A DNA stretch of 64,000 nucleotides. Origin: an uncultured Methanosarcinaceae archaeon. GTDB taxonomy: Archaea > Halobacteriota > Methanosarcinia > Methanosarcinales > Methanosarcinaceae. The DNA lies in the NCBI GenBank assembly GCA_963847185.1, contig CAWJYV010000007.1, positions 32,001 through 96,000 of the forward strand, read 5' to 3'. The notes beneath the pieces are model-generated. The model was not told the origin of the DNA. It saw only the letters and a program-made list of their open reading frames with translations, and searched no databases. The stretch's first letter is position 1, and each line of letters starts with the position of its first letter. Positions 22,677-33,277 of this stretch are shown piece by piece. Made by a program: the position numbers and the translations under genes.

Positions 22677-23042
22677 TTAATTTGGCTCAGCAATCTTCTT
22701 TATTACATCTAGCATCCCATCAGGTTCAAAAGGTTTTACTATAAAACCCATGGCACCTATTTTCATTGACTCCGTTATTACGGCCTGCTGTCCTAGAGAA
22801 GAGCACATAACAACTTTTGCTCCCGGATCCATAATAAGAATTTTTTTCAATGTCTCCCTTCCATCCATATCCGGCATAATTATGTCCATTAATACCAGGT
22901 CCGGCTTTACTTCCAGATATGTTTGAATCGCCTCTTCCCCATCTACCACTTCAGCAACTACTTCATGCCCGTGAATTAAAAGAATATCCTTAATTATCAT
23001 TCGCATAAACTCGGCATCTTCTACGATCATAACTCTGGCCAT
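22677..23042 (-). CDS. cheY: Chemotaxis response regulator CheY
   Basis: MARVMIVEDAEFMRMII, DLVLMDIIMPDMDG, CSSLGQQ, VKPF. Confidence 0.9.
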   Translation of the reverse strand: MARVMIVEDAEFMRMIIKDILLIHGHEVVAEVVDGEEAIQTYLEVKPDLVLMDIIMPDMDGRETLKKILIMDPGAKVVMCSSLGQQAVITESMKIGAMGFIVKPFEPDGMLDVIKKIAEPN

Positions 23043-23844
23043 GTGTTTCCCTTCTCTTATATTTGGTAAGTTACGTACAGATTATCTTTCATGCTCCTAT
23101 CTTTCTGAATATTCCAAATCTAATCTGTGTCCTTTGCCGAACTGTGCCTTTTGCCTATGTGTTTGATAAATTAATATAAAGTGATATATATCTAAAAAAT
23201 ATTTGCCAATTTAATAAATTAAATATCTGTTTAGTGGCCAGTATTCTTTTAATAAACTGATATTTTAAATTGCAGAATATTAGCCTAAAGAATTCGAATA
23301 AAATATATCAGGTTAACAAATATAGCCAACTTAAGTTTTCTTGTTTAATACAGGCTTATCTCAACTATATGGAAAAATTATATGCGAAACATGCTATATT
23401 AAACTTTTTAAATTATCTTGAGCAAATTATGTAGTTTTAGATTTATTTAAAAGTTATGAATTATTTGTAGTTAACGAACTGTTACTAAAAATTGTTGATT
23501 TGATCTTTTTTCAGCTTATTTCTTATTTGTTTTCATACTTACAAATTAGAAATTGAACGATTGATAATATCTCCTTTGGGTTTAGTCTGAAAGTCTAAAT
23601 TTAAATATATTCTTTGGAACAATAATGCACAAGTATTATTAACTTAATTTATTTATGGGTATATATTTAAAACTTAATTTATATAATTAACAAATAAGTT
23701 TATATGCTCCTGAACTTTAGACTTAACGTAGTAAGTTCGGTAATTTATTTCAGTGGAGTCAGTCACTTGTTTGCAAACAAATCTGAAAAGTAATCGGTTT
23801 TTGATTTTTAAATAAGGTTACATTTAGCTAAAAAATAGCCAAAT

Positions 23845-23981
23845 AGTAGGTAGTTAAGTAGCTAAGTGATTGGATAGTAGGTGGTTAAGTAGCTAAAAGT
23901 GGATATTAAGTAGTAAGTAGCTAAGTAATAAAGTGGTCAAGTAGCTAAAAGTGGTCAAGTAGCTAAAAGTGGTCAAGTAGC
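23845..23981. repeat. Degenerate 18-bp tandem repeats
   Basis: AAAGTGGTCAAGTAGCTA about x3 at 23930-23981, with decayed AAGTAGCTAA copies upstream. Confidence 0.7.
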
Positions 23982-24157
23982 ATTAGGTAGAAAGTGATGG
24001 AGCAGTTAGCAGGGTTGTGGATCTGGAGTATATATAAAATATATTTATGAAGTTTTACTAAGCTTTGATTTCATTTTTCAGCACAAATTCACTCTTTAAC
24101 GACCCTATGAAAGACTCCTTATAGAGATTTTCAATCCACTCACAGGAGTTGATTTAA

Positions 24158-24520
24158 GTGCCTGAAATTCTGATTGTTGAAGACAATTTACTTAATCTTG
24201 TTGTTGAAGTAGATTTGCTTAAATCTTTTGGGTATGAACCGAAAAAAGCAAAAGATGGCTTTGAAGCTCTCGAAGTCCTGAATGAAATGAAGATTGATCT
24301 TATATTGCTTGATATGGAACTTCCGAAGATGCACGGGCTTGAACTACTTCAGAGAATTAAACTTAATCCTGAGACCAAGAATATAAGAGTAGTTGCTGTT
24401 ACGGGATATTGTGATCTCGAAAGTGAGCAAAAGTTCCTTGAAGCTGGTTGTCACGCTGTTCTTGCCAAACCCATAAATTTTGGTAACTTCAAATCACAGC
24501 TCGAAGAATTTCTCACATGA
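24158..24520 (+). CDS. Single-domain response regulator (DivK/CheY-like)
   Basis: ILIVEDN, DLILLDMELPKMHG, AVTG, AKPI; GTG start after a GGAG RBS. Confidence 0.88.
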   Translation: MPEILIVEDNLLNLVVEVDLLKSFGYEPKKAKDGFEALEVLNEMKIDLILLDMELPKMHGLELLQRIKLNPETKNIRVVAVTGYCDLESEQKFLEAGCHAVLAKPINFGNFKSQLEEFLT

Positions 24521-24624
24521 TGTGCCTTTTTATTGGATTCATAGGAGTAATCTCTGATGAATTCCTGCATGAATACTGGTGTTTCTGATTCATACTTTTC
24601 AGATTAATCAGAAAATTCATTAAC

Positions 24625-24691
24625 GCCGTTGGTAGGTTAAATATTCAGTTGCAGATATGCCGTTGGTAGGTTAAATATTCAGTTGCAGATA
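24625..24691. repeat. 33-bp direct duplication upstream of the MCP gene
   Basis: GCCGTTGGTAGGTTAAATATTCAGTTGCAGATA at 24625-24657 and 24659-24691. Confidence 0.88.
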
Positions 24692-24732
24692 GGAAATTGT
24701 AAGGTTGAGAACTTGGGGGCCCAGGTGGAAAG

Positions 24733-26802
24733 ATGTACAAAAAAGCAAAAATAGGGCATGTAGTGATAGGTTTTGCTCTTCTTCTAATTTTGATTTTCTT
24801 TGTTGGGTATACAGGTTATCAAGGTATGAACGAAGTTGAAAAAAAGAGCCGAGCCATTCAAAACATGACCTTTATCGTGAATAATATGCAAGGGGCCCTG
24901 GAAGCCGAAGAAAGCTATGTTATTCATGGTGATCCCGTTTACAGGCAGGATGTTTATTACCATCTTAACCTGGTGCCCACACAGGCAGCAATCTCCAGGG
25001 AAATATATCTTGGATATCTTGATCCTGTGAATCAAAATCGAATGGATTCTGTTCTGGCAAATTCCAGCGACTTTAAGAAAGCTTTTGACAGGTTTGTTGA
25101 AGCGGACAATGAAGAGATAGCCGTGAGAGCGGAGCTGGTCTCCAATGGCGAGCTTTTGTTGCAGAAAGCTGATGAGATCTATCAAGATCAGATGATTCAA
25201 TACCAGCAGTATGTGAGAAACGATTCTTCCAGTGAAGTCCTCCAGACAAAATTATCCTATGCTCAGGAAGCCCAGAAAATCAGCATACTTGGTATGGAAG
25301 CTCGAAATGAGTATCAGAACTATATAATCACTCCCGAAAATCAGTCTGCAAAAAATTTTGAACGACTTATGGGAGAGATAATTAAAGTTACTGAAAACCT
25401 GGATGAGCAATTGGTAAAACCTGAGAATCTTGAACGGGGAAACAGTATACTTTCCAGTTCTAAGAAAATCCAGACTGATTTTGATCGTCTGAAAACTCTT
25501 AAAGAGAAAAAAGCCGTTGAAGCTAGTAACATGGCAACTATAGCGGCACATGTTGGAGAAGCTGCTACTGATGCCAGTATTGATCAAAAAGAGAAACTTA
25601 ACGACCTTATTGTGAGTTCTATAAACAAGACCCTTCTTGTAACTTTTCTTTCGATACTTATAGGAGCTTTACTTGTTTTTGTAATTCTGAACGTTTACAG
25701 AAAACCTATCTATGAATTGCTTGAAGCGTCCGACAAAATATCTGCGGGCGATCTCAGTGTTAAGATTAAGGGAAGTTCGAGGAGTGAAATTTCTCAACTC
25801 TCGGAAGCTTTTAAATCAATGGTTGAGAACCTTCGAAGCTTAATTAAAGAAATCCAGGAAAGTTCATTTCGCCTTTCTATACTTTCGGAAGAAATGTCTG
25901 CCTCTTCTGAGGAAATGGCCTATGCTTCCAAAAAAATTTCCGATACTGCAGCAGAAATCTCAAATGGAACAGAATTACAGAGCTCAAAGATAATGGATAT
26001 AACTCATGCAATGCAGGACATGACCCATAACATCCAGGAAATTGCGGATAATACCCAAAAAGTTTCTAAAAACACTAATCTTGTCAATCATACTATTGGG
26101 AATATTGGAGATACTTCAAGAGAAGTCCTGCTAAAGATGGACCTTATTCGTTCCTCTGTTGACGGGACCGAGGAAGTGATCAGGGCTCTGGACTCCAAGT
26201 CTCAACAAATCAATGAGATTGTCATTCTTATTACCAGAGTTGCAGACCAGACAAATATGTTAGCTCTGAACGCTGCAATTGAGGCTGCACGGGCTGGCGA
26301 AAACGGCAGAGGTTTCTCTGTCGTGGCCGATGAAGTCCGCAAACTTTCTGATGAGTCAGGTCGAGCTGCAAAGGATATTTCGAAATTAATCGATGAGATC
26401 AGAAGTAGTATAAGTAATACTGTGGAAAGTATACAGGTAAGTAAAAAAGATGTGCAGGTTGGTACATTCGCTGTTAAAGGGGCAGTTGAAATGGTTGCAG
26501 GGATTGTTTTTACAATCCATGAGATAACTAATATGATAGAAGATGTTGCAGCTGCTACAGAGGAACAGTCAGCATCTATTGAAGAAATTACCTCTACTTT
26601 AGAAGATATTTCCTCAATATCAGAACAATCTGCTGCAGGAACTCAGGAAACTGCTGCTGCTCTTGAGGAACAGAGTGTTTCAATGTCAGAGCTTGCCAGT
26701 ATGGCCAGCGATCTTGCCCTTCTTGGAGAAAAGATGAGAAAAGCTACTGAAAAATTCAGGCTTGACAATTTAAAAGAAAAACCGGAAAATATAGCCAGTT
26801 AA
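24733..26802 (+). CDS. Methyl-accepting chemotaxis protein (2 TM helices, HAMP, MA domain)
   Basis: Signalling tip [49 protein letters not shown], two hydrophobic segments. Confidence 0.95.
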   Translation: MYKKAKIGHVVIGFALLLILIFFVGYTGYQGMNEVEKKSRAIQNMTFIVNNMQGALEAEESYVIHGDPVYRQDVYYHLNLVPTQAAISREIYLGYLDPVNQNRMDSVLANSSDFKKAFDRFVEADNEEIAVRAELVSNGELLLQKADEIYQDQMIQYQQYVRNDSSSEVLQTKLSYAQEAQKISILGMEARNEYQNYIITPENQSAKNFERLMGEIIKVTENLDEQLVKPENLERGNSILSSSKKIQTDFDRLKTLKEKKAVEASNMATIAAHVGEAATDASIDQKEKLNDLIVSSINKTLLVTFLSILIGALLVFVILNVYRKPIYELLEASDKISAGDLSVKIKGSSRSEISQLSEAFKSMVENLRSLIKEIQESSFRLSILSEEMSASSEEMAYASKKISDTAAEISNGTELQSSKIMDITHAMQDMTHNIQEIADNTQKVSKNTNLVNHTIGNIGDTSREVLLKMDLIRSSVDGTEEVIRALDSKSQQINEIVILITRVADQTNMLALNAAIEAARAGENGRGFSVVADEVRKLSDESGRAAKDISKLIDEIRSSISNTVESIQVSKKDVQVGTFAVKGAVEMVAGIVFTIHEITNMIEDVAAATEEQSASIEEITSTLEDISSISEQSAAGTQETAAALEEQSVSMSELASMASDLALLGEKMRKATEKFRLDNLKEKPENIAS

Positions 26803-26829
26803 GTGTTTGACTGGTTTTGAGGCATTTTA

Positions 26830-27324
26830 ATGTCCGAAGAAACATCCACGGAGGATTCAAAATTCTCAGAAGGGAGCCTTCATTCAGAAGAAAGCCTCCA
26901 ATTAGTAATCTTTGAGCTTTCAGGCGAAGAATTCGGAATCGAAATTATGCAGGTTTCCGAAATTATTCCGGCTTCGAAAATTACACGCATCCCTCGGGCT
27001 CCTGAATGTGTAAAAGGAATCATTAACCTGCGAGGAAAAATTATTGTTGTGCTGGATCTGAACAATCGCCTCGGTTTCAGTTCTAAGGAATCAGACAATC
27101 TTTCAAAAACCATTATAGTGGAATTCAAGGGAACAATGATCGGAATGCCTGTAAACTCTGTAAGTGAAATCGTGAGGTTGCCTCTTTCTTCTATTGAACC
27201 AACTCCTGAAATGGTTAAATCGAAAATTAATGCAGAATATTTAATGGGAATTGGGAAAGCGGAAAACAGGCCTCTTATTCTCCTGAATCTTGCCAGGGTG
27301 CTTGGAGAAGAAGAAATTGACTAA
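26830..27324 (+). CDS. cheW: Chemotaxis coupling protein CheW
   Basis: QLVIFELSGEEFGIEI, ITRIPRAP..VKGIINLRGKII. Confidence 0.92.
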   Translation: MSEETSTEDSKFSEGSLHSEESLQLVIFELSGEEFGIEIMQVSEIIPASKITRIPRAPECVKGIINLRGKIIVVLDLNNRLGFSSKESDNLSKTIIVEFKGTMIGMPVNSVSEIVRLPLSSIEPTPEMVKSKINAEYLMGIGKAENRPLILLNLARVLGEEEID

Positions 27325-27510
27325 CTCAATTAGTTACTGTTACTTTAAGAGAATATTTAATAATTTGTGGACAAATTCATAAAGTATACATTCTCACCAC
27401 ATCTTCCTTTTTGCCCTTCTTTACATCCTTCCCATCACCATTACGTGTGGAAGTATTATTGAATTTTTACTCTGGTGTCGCATCAATAATCAAGGATTGA
27501 AAAATTCTAA

Positions 27511-28062
27511 ATGATTGTAATCGAATTTATACGACATTTTAGCGCTGACGTGCCACTAGGGAACTGGAGAAATGTTTCTGAAAGTTTCTGATATAGTGTT
27601 TTTACCGGAAATCCTTTACTTGCCCTGAATTTACTTGGTTTTTTCTTTTCTGTCATAATGTGCTATATTCTTGTCTATGTCGTCTTCGTTCCAATAGCCA
27701 GAGAGTTAGTTGCCAGACTCGATAACCCCTCCATTTCCACTGCAACTATTCTGTCGCTTGGTGTTGTTGTCTCATTTTGTCTTTTACATCGTTCACAAGC
27801 TATAACTTCGATAGCACAAAGGCTTTTAGTTAATGTTGAAAGGCTTTTCATTCTAGATTTTTTATTGCAGTACTATTTCCACTCCAGGTTACTTTATGCC
27901 AGAAGCTTAGGAAAAGCTAAAACTCCAAAAGCAACCAATGTTAGAGAAAGAATTGCAGAAAAACAAATGAATGTTGAAATTCAGAAAAATGGTATTGAAA
28001 CTTATAAAAGAAATGTCAGAAAACCTTTAATGATTGAAGCATATTACCTTTTTTTCCCTTGA
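27511..28062 (+). pseudogene. Possible degraded membrane-protein gene
   Basis: The frame of the 27658..28062 ORF extends to ATG 27511 through a single TGA at 27589-27591; hydrophobic segments; no family recognised. Confidence 0.3.
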
Positions 28063-28220
28063 TACTTACCCGTTGCTGCGGCCCTTCAAACTGTACAGGG
28101 ATCAGGAGGTGTGACATACCTAATTTTTTACCATTTGCCAATCTTTTGATATGATGCAATCTTCATCTCATAAGTTGGTATATGGCAAATAATAAATAAG
28201 AGTTTTTTATATTTCTCTCT

Positions 28221-28670
28221 ATGAATGAGCAGAATTATCCTGAGTTCACAGGCCTTGAACTCTCTCCGAGAAAGGTAGATTACCTTAAGTTCATTCTTGA
28301 AAAAGGAGGTACTGTAAAAACCACGGAAATCTCTTCCGTCCTGCAGGTAGATCCTTCTACTACAAGTAAAACTTTAAACGAACTCGCAGCAGTCGGGTAC
28401 CTGAATCATGTCCCTTATAGAGGTGTGCATTTGACAGAAATGGGTCAGGCTTATGCTGAATTTCTTGTCCGAAGACACAGGATTATAAGTCTTCTCTTAA
28501 CTCACTACGGGCTTTCGTCAGAGGAAGCATGTGATGAAGTTTCACGTTTTGAGGCTTTTATTTCCAGAGACGCTGTAAATAAAATCTGTAAATCAATGGG
28601 TCATCCAATGTTTGGCGTATGCGGTGAAATAAATCATGAGAAGTGTCTCCATGAGGAACATCACCATTGA
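28221..28670 (+). CDS. DtxR/MntR-family metal-dependent transcriptional regulator
   Basis: DYLKFI, HTH VDPSTTSKTLNEL, PYRGVHLTEMG, RRHRII; His/Cys-rich C-terminus. Confidence 0.88.
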   Translation: MNEQNYPEFTGLELSPRKVDYLKFILEKGGTVKTTEISSVLQVDPSTTSKTLNELAAVGYLNHVPYRGVHLTEMGQAYAEFLVRRHRIISLLLTHYGLSSEEACDEVSRFEAFISRDAVNKICKSMGHPMFGVCGEINHEKCLHEEHHH

Positions 28671-28773
28671 GTATAGGCATAAATCCTGCATCATTAATCA
28701 AGCATCAGATATGTCTTTGAGTTGAGAGTTTAGAGACGCGTTATTAGATATAAGAGAGATATTATAATACAAA

Positions 28774-28830
28774 TTTGGATATATGCCAAAAATTTTTCTG
28801 AATAATTTGAATTTTTGGGTGAACTCCAAA
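28774..28830. promoter_or_regulatory. Two 17-bp palindromes TTTGG-N7-CCAAA, candidate metal-regulator operators
   Basis: TTTGGATATATGCCAAA (28774-28790) and TTTGGGTGAACTCCAAA (28814-28830) upstream of znuA. Confidence 0.55.
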
Positions 28831-28963
28831 TATTTCATTATAATCTTTTTATATTTTTCATTTCAGGACCTTTCTGAAATGAAAATTAGAAATCAATGTA
28901 GCAAAAACGGACACAATGTGGCAATGAAGTAAAAATGAGAGTGAAGAGAAAGGGATCTTAATT

Positions 28964-29929
28964 ATGAAACTGAAGATTATACCTTTATTAGTGCTTTTGG
29001 CTATAGGACTGAGCCTTTTTGTCAGCGGCTGTGCAGACTCAGGTAATTCTCAGGTTAATGAAAGTAAAGAACAGAAAGTTGAAACTTCGCCAGTAGCAGG
29101 CGACCGAATAATAGTAGCCGTAAGTGTTCTTCCCCAGGCTGAGTTTGTTGAAAAAGTTGGGGGAGACAGAGTAAAAACTGCGGTTGTAATTCCTCCAGGA
29201 GCAGATCCTCATACATATGAGTCTTCTCCAAAGGAAATCGAAGAAATCAGCAAAGCAAGCATGTTTGTCACAGTCGGCGTTGGCATGCCCTTCGAAGAGG
29301 TTTGGATCGACAGGTTCGAAGCTATCAACAGTCGAACTCTAATAGTAAATTCTTCTGATGGAATCGGACTTAAAGAGCTTGGAACTGAGCATGTAAATGA
29401 AAGTGCTGAAAGTCACGAAGCTAAAAGTGAGGAAGGCCATGAAGAACTGGACCCACACATCTGGACATCTCCTGCAAATTCAAAAATAATGGTTGAAAAT
29501 ATTTATAAAGGACTTGTGGAAATCGATCCCGGGAACGAAACTTACTATGCTCAGAACAGGGATGCTTACCTGAAAGAACTGGATGCTCTGGATGCAAGGA
29601 TAAGGGAAAAGCTCGAAGGGAAAAAGGAAAGAAATTTCATGGTTTATCATCCTTCGTGGGGCTATTTTGCAGCTGACTACAATCTTACCATGATTCCGGT
29701 TGAAATTGAAGGAAAAGAACCGAGTGCTCAGGACCTGGCTGAACTTGTAGACCTTGCAAAAGAAGAACATGTTAAAGTGATTTTTGTTCAGGCCCAGTTC
29801 AATACCCGGAGTGCTGAAGCTATAGCTGATGAGATCGGTGGTGGGGTCATAGCAGTTGATCCTCTTGCAAAGAACTATATTTCAAATATGGATAACGTAT
29901 CCGATATTTTTGCCAAGAATCTTGTGTAA
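28964..29929 (+). CDS. znuA: Zn/Mn ABC transporter substrate-binding lipoprotein
   Basis: Lipobox LFVSGC, PGADPHTYE, His/Glu loop, DPHIWTSP, HPSWGYF. Confidence 0.88.
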   Translation: MKLKIIPLLVLLAIGLSLFVSGCADSGNSQVNESKEQKVETSPVAGDRIIVAVSVLPQAEFVEKVGGDRVKTAVVIPPGADPHTYESSPKEIEEISKASMFVTVGVGMPFEEVWIDRFEAINSRTLIVNSSDGIGLKELGTEHVNESAESHEAKSEEGHEELDPHIWTSPANSKIMVENIYKGLVEIDPGNETYYAQNRDAYLKELDALDARIREKLEGKKERNFMVYHPSWGYFAADYNLTMIPVEIEGKEPSAQDLAELVDLAKEEHVKVIFVQAQFNTRSAEAIADEIGGGVIAVDPLAKNYISNMDNVSDIFAKNLV

Positions 29930-30011
29930 AATTAATGTTTGGGTTCTATATCTAAATATAAAAACAACATAATTCGGGGTAAAATAAAAACGCTAGTTTG
30001 AAGGGAAGGTA

Positions 30012-30776
30012 ATGGAGAAGGTTATAGAGCTAGAGGATGTCTGGGTTCGCTATGGAAACCAGATAATCCTTGAAGCCGTGAATCTTGATTTAAAAGAGCC
30101 CAATGGGCTGCTCGGAATTATTGGACCTAACGGTGGAGGAAAAACTACATTTCTCAAAGTTCTACTTGGGCTTTTGAAGCCTTATAGGGGTAGTGTGAAG
30201 CTCTTTGGGAAATCTCCAGAAAAAAGTAGGGATCTTGTGGGGTATGTTCCTCAGTACAGAGGTTTTGATTTTGATTTTCCTATCAGTGTCTGGGAAGTGG
30301 TTTTGACAGGCAGGATAAGCCATACTGGTTTTCTGAGAAGATATGGAGAGGAAGACAGAAAAGCGGCTGAAGAGGCTCTGAAAACTGTGGAGATGTTCCA
30401 GTATAAGGACCGACAAATTGGTCAGTTATCTGGTGGGCAGCGTCAGAGAGTCTTTATTGCCCGAGCTCTTGCTACAAATCCCAAACTTTTACTTCTGGAC
30501 GAACCGAATTCCGGGCTTGACCCTCACATGCAGGATGAACTTTATCGCCTTCTGGACAGGCTCAAGCAGAAAATGGCAGTTATCATGGTTACCCATGACC
30601 TTAGTGCAGTCTCTGTTTATGTCGACAGGATAGCCTGCCTGAATCGCACTCTTCATTATCATAACTCTAGGGAAATTCCTGTTGAAGATCTGGAAGCTAC
30701 CTACCAGTGTCCTATCGAACTAATTGCTCATGGAGTGCCGCACAGGGTGCTGGAAATGCACAAGAGGAGTTCCTGA
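30012..30776 (+). CDS. znuC: Zn/Mn ABC transporter ATP-binding protein
   Basis: GPNGGGKTT, LSGGQRQR, LLLLDEP, VTHDL. Confidence 0.9.
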   Translation: MEKVIELEDVWVRYGNQIILEAVNLDLKEPNGLLGIIGPNGGGKTTFLKVLLGLLKPYRGSVKLFGKSPEKSRDLVGYVPQYRGFDFDFPISVWEVVLTGRISHTGFLRRYGEEDRKAAEEALKTVEMFQYKDRQIGQLSGGQRQRVFIARALATNPKLLLLDEPNSGLDPHMQDELYRLLDRLKQKMAVIMVTHDLSAVSVYVDRIACLNRTLHYHNSREIPVEDLEATYQCPIELIAHGVPHRVLEMHKRSS

Positions 30777-30817
30777 AGCTCAGGATTTGTTCAAAAATAG
30801 ACTGACGGAGAAATAAA

Positions 30818-31669
30818 ATGTTTGATCTTTTGCATTATAGCTTTATCCAGAACGCCCTTGCTGCCGCAATCCTTGCAAGTATAGCCTGCGGGATAATGGG
30901 CGTCTATGTTGTCGTCAAAAAAATTGTCTCAATCACCGGTGGGATAGCCCATGCCTCTTTTGGAGGTGTCGGCTTGGGTTATTTCCTTGGCATCAATCCT
31001 ATGCTTGGAGTTCTTCCTTTCAGCCTGATTTCGGCTTTAGTAATGGGGACAGTGGGCAGGAAATCTAAAATTCCAGAGGATAGTGCAATAGGTATACTCT
31101 GGTCTCTTGGAATGGCTCTTGGGGTCATTTTTGTCTATCTGACTCCTGGGTACGCACCTGATCTTATGACTTATCTTTTTGGAAATATACTAACTGTTCC
31201 TCGTTTTGATATTTATTTGATGTTGGCTCTTGACATAGTTATTGTAGGTTCAGTTTATTTGCTCTATAAAGAATTCCTTGCTCTCTGTTTTGACGAAGAG
31301 TTTACAACTGTTCAGGGCCTTCCTGCAGAGAAACTTTACCTTTTCCTTCTGTGTATTATTGCCCTGACAATTGTAGTCCTTATTAAAGTTGTAGGCATCA
31401 TTCTGGTTATCGCTCTTCTTACCATTCCTGCTTGCCTGAGCCGCAAATTTACACACAATCTGAAGCAGATGATGTTAATTTCTATAGCCTTCGGAACTGT
31501 GATCAGTATCACTGGAATAGGCCTTTCATATGTTCTGGATGTCCCATCTGGTGCAACTATCATTCTTGTGTTAAGCTTTGTGTATGGGTTTGCGTCCGTA
31601 GGGATGGAAATGCTTGAAGGTAGAAAAGTTTCTGGGAACTTAAAAGAATTAGGAAATTTAAAGGAGTAA
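30818..31669 (+). CDS. znuB: Zn/Mn ABC transporter permease
   Basis: GGIAHASFGG, YLFGNIL, VVGIILVIALLTIPA, DVPSGATI. Confidence 0.9.
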   Translation: MFDLLHYSFIQNALAAAILASIACGIMGVYVVVKKIVSITGGIAHASFGGVGLGYFLGINPMLGVLPFSLISALVMGTVGRKSKIPEDSAIGILWSLGMALGVIFVYLTPGYAPDLMTYLFGNILTVPRFDIYLMLALDIVIVGSVYLLYKEFLALCFDEEFTTVQGLPAEKLYLFLLCIIALTIVVLIKVVGIILVIALLTIPACLSRKFTHNLKQMMLISIAFGTVISITGIGLSYVLDVPSGATIILVLSFVYGFASVGMEMLEGRKVSGNLKELGNLKE

Positions 31670-32240
31670 TGGAATTTAAAAGATTCCTTAACTCTATTTT
31701 TTAACTAATCTCTTGAGTCATTATTTTTGTTATGCACACATCTTTTCCGTGCTAATTTCTAGCGGATTCAAGAATCAATAGCTATCAGAACTTAATTATA
31801 TAATGTCACAAGCTCAGGTATATATTCTAGTACCTGTAGTATATTATCTATTTAAATGGGGATTTTTAAACGCATGGTAAAAAATTCTCATATAATTATA
31901 TTTATATTGTTTTATTAAGACATAATTTTATATATAGTGAGATGCAAGAGCCTAAAAGTTTAATCAAATTTATTTTATAGAACTCCAGGATTAGGACTTC
32001 AAAGCTGGATTCATAATGGAAAAACGGACTAGAGCATTGAAACTTATGCTACGACCGCTTCGAGTGGGGAAGCGATGGGCGCAACAATAGTAAGCTCAAT
32101 TGACATACCTACTTACAGCCACCCTATCAAAGTAAGTAAGCATGTAAAAAAGCCACATCATATCAAATGATTGAATCCGTATATAATGCGGAAACCACCA
32201 GCCATTAACTGAAAACAAACCGCCTTACCAGGGTGATAAA

Positions 32241-32696
32241 ATGGACCATGATACAACCCGGGATCAGAATATAGAGGAAAATGAAACTTTCGATGGAGAA
32301 TGCCTCGGTCTTCCGGATATACCTCTTCCGGAAACAGATAACGTTTTATACTCAATTCTGAACTCTTTAAACCAGAACATCGCAGACTTTTATACGTTTG
32401 TGAAATTCAACAGTTATCTATCTGAGGACCACCTGAATGTTGAACTCCTTAAGAGGAGTATGGGCATTCACAGGGACTTTACAGCTCTGTTCCTGCACAC
32501 TAAAGAAGAACTGGTATTCACCTACCCCGAATTTATAGAGAAGACTGAAAAAGTATTGTTCAAAGGGGACGTTGGTACCAGCTGTATGAAATACACCCAC
32601 AAACTGTGCAGAGTAATAAGTGACTACAAAATAGCCTTGCACAGAGAAGGGTATTTGCCAGACCTGAGGAGACAATTACCGCTGGTTGAAATGTAA
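32241..32696 (+). CDS. Hypothetical protein
   Basis: 151-aa ORF with a GGGTGA RBS just upstream of the ATG; no recognised motif. Confidence 0.6.
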   Translation: MDHDTTRDQNIEENETFDGECLGLPDIPLPETDNVLYSILNSLNQNIADFYTFVKFNSYLSEDHLNVELLKRSMGIHRDFTALFLHTKEELVFTYPEFIEKTEKVLFKGDVGTSCMKYTHKLCRVISDYKIALHREGYLPDLRRQLPLVEM

Positions 32697-32930
32697 TAAT
32701 CTCAGGTAACTCATTTTTATAAAATTCTTTTTTAAACCAAAAGAGCAAATTTCAGCTCAGTTTCCATAAACATCAGGCTTTAAGTTTAACGAAAGAAAAT
32801 TAGTTTCTCCTCTATTTTGAAGCCCACTCTTTTCATAATTTTCAGTACTTCTGGAATCATATATTTTATTTTCAGTACATCCGTAGTCTTATATTTATGA
32901 AGAGTTATTTGGCATGCAAGGCATCTGTGA

Positions 32931-33127
32931 AAAAAACGGTGTCTCAAAAAACGGTAACTTGAAAAACGGTAACTTAAAAAACGGTTTCTTGAAAAACGGT
33001 AACTTAAAAAACGGTTTCTTGAAAAACGGTAACTTAAAAAAGTCGGTTTCTTGAAAAACGGTAACTTAAAAAACGGTTTCTTGAAAAACGGTAACTTAAA
33101 AAACGGTTTCTTGAAAAACGGCATTTA
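32931..33127. repeat. 15-bp minisatellite, ~13 units, with an alternating 30-bp higher-order pattern
   Basis: GAAAAACGGTAACTT alternating with AAAAAACGGTTTCTT; one unit carries a 2-bp insertion. Confidence 0.92.
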
Positions 33128-33277
33128 CAAAAACAGATGCCTTCTCACTGATTTGCGAATTTTTTATGTTTAGTTAGGGTTTCAGGAGTTTATACTTTCT
33201 TGTTTTTCAGCGGTTTAATGCCCTCTAGCAAAATTTCATTTCAAAATAGTGCTTTTACTGGGATCTATACTAATTTT

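Noticed and set aside
32786-33124. 112-aa ORF with PFFKK repeats
   Set aside because: Translation of the minisatellite; no independent coding signal
32931-33127. CRISPR array
   Set aside because: Units are contiguous 15-mers with no unique spacers, and there are no cas genes in the window
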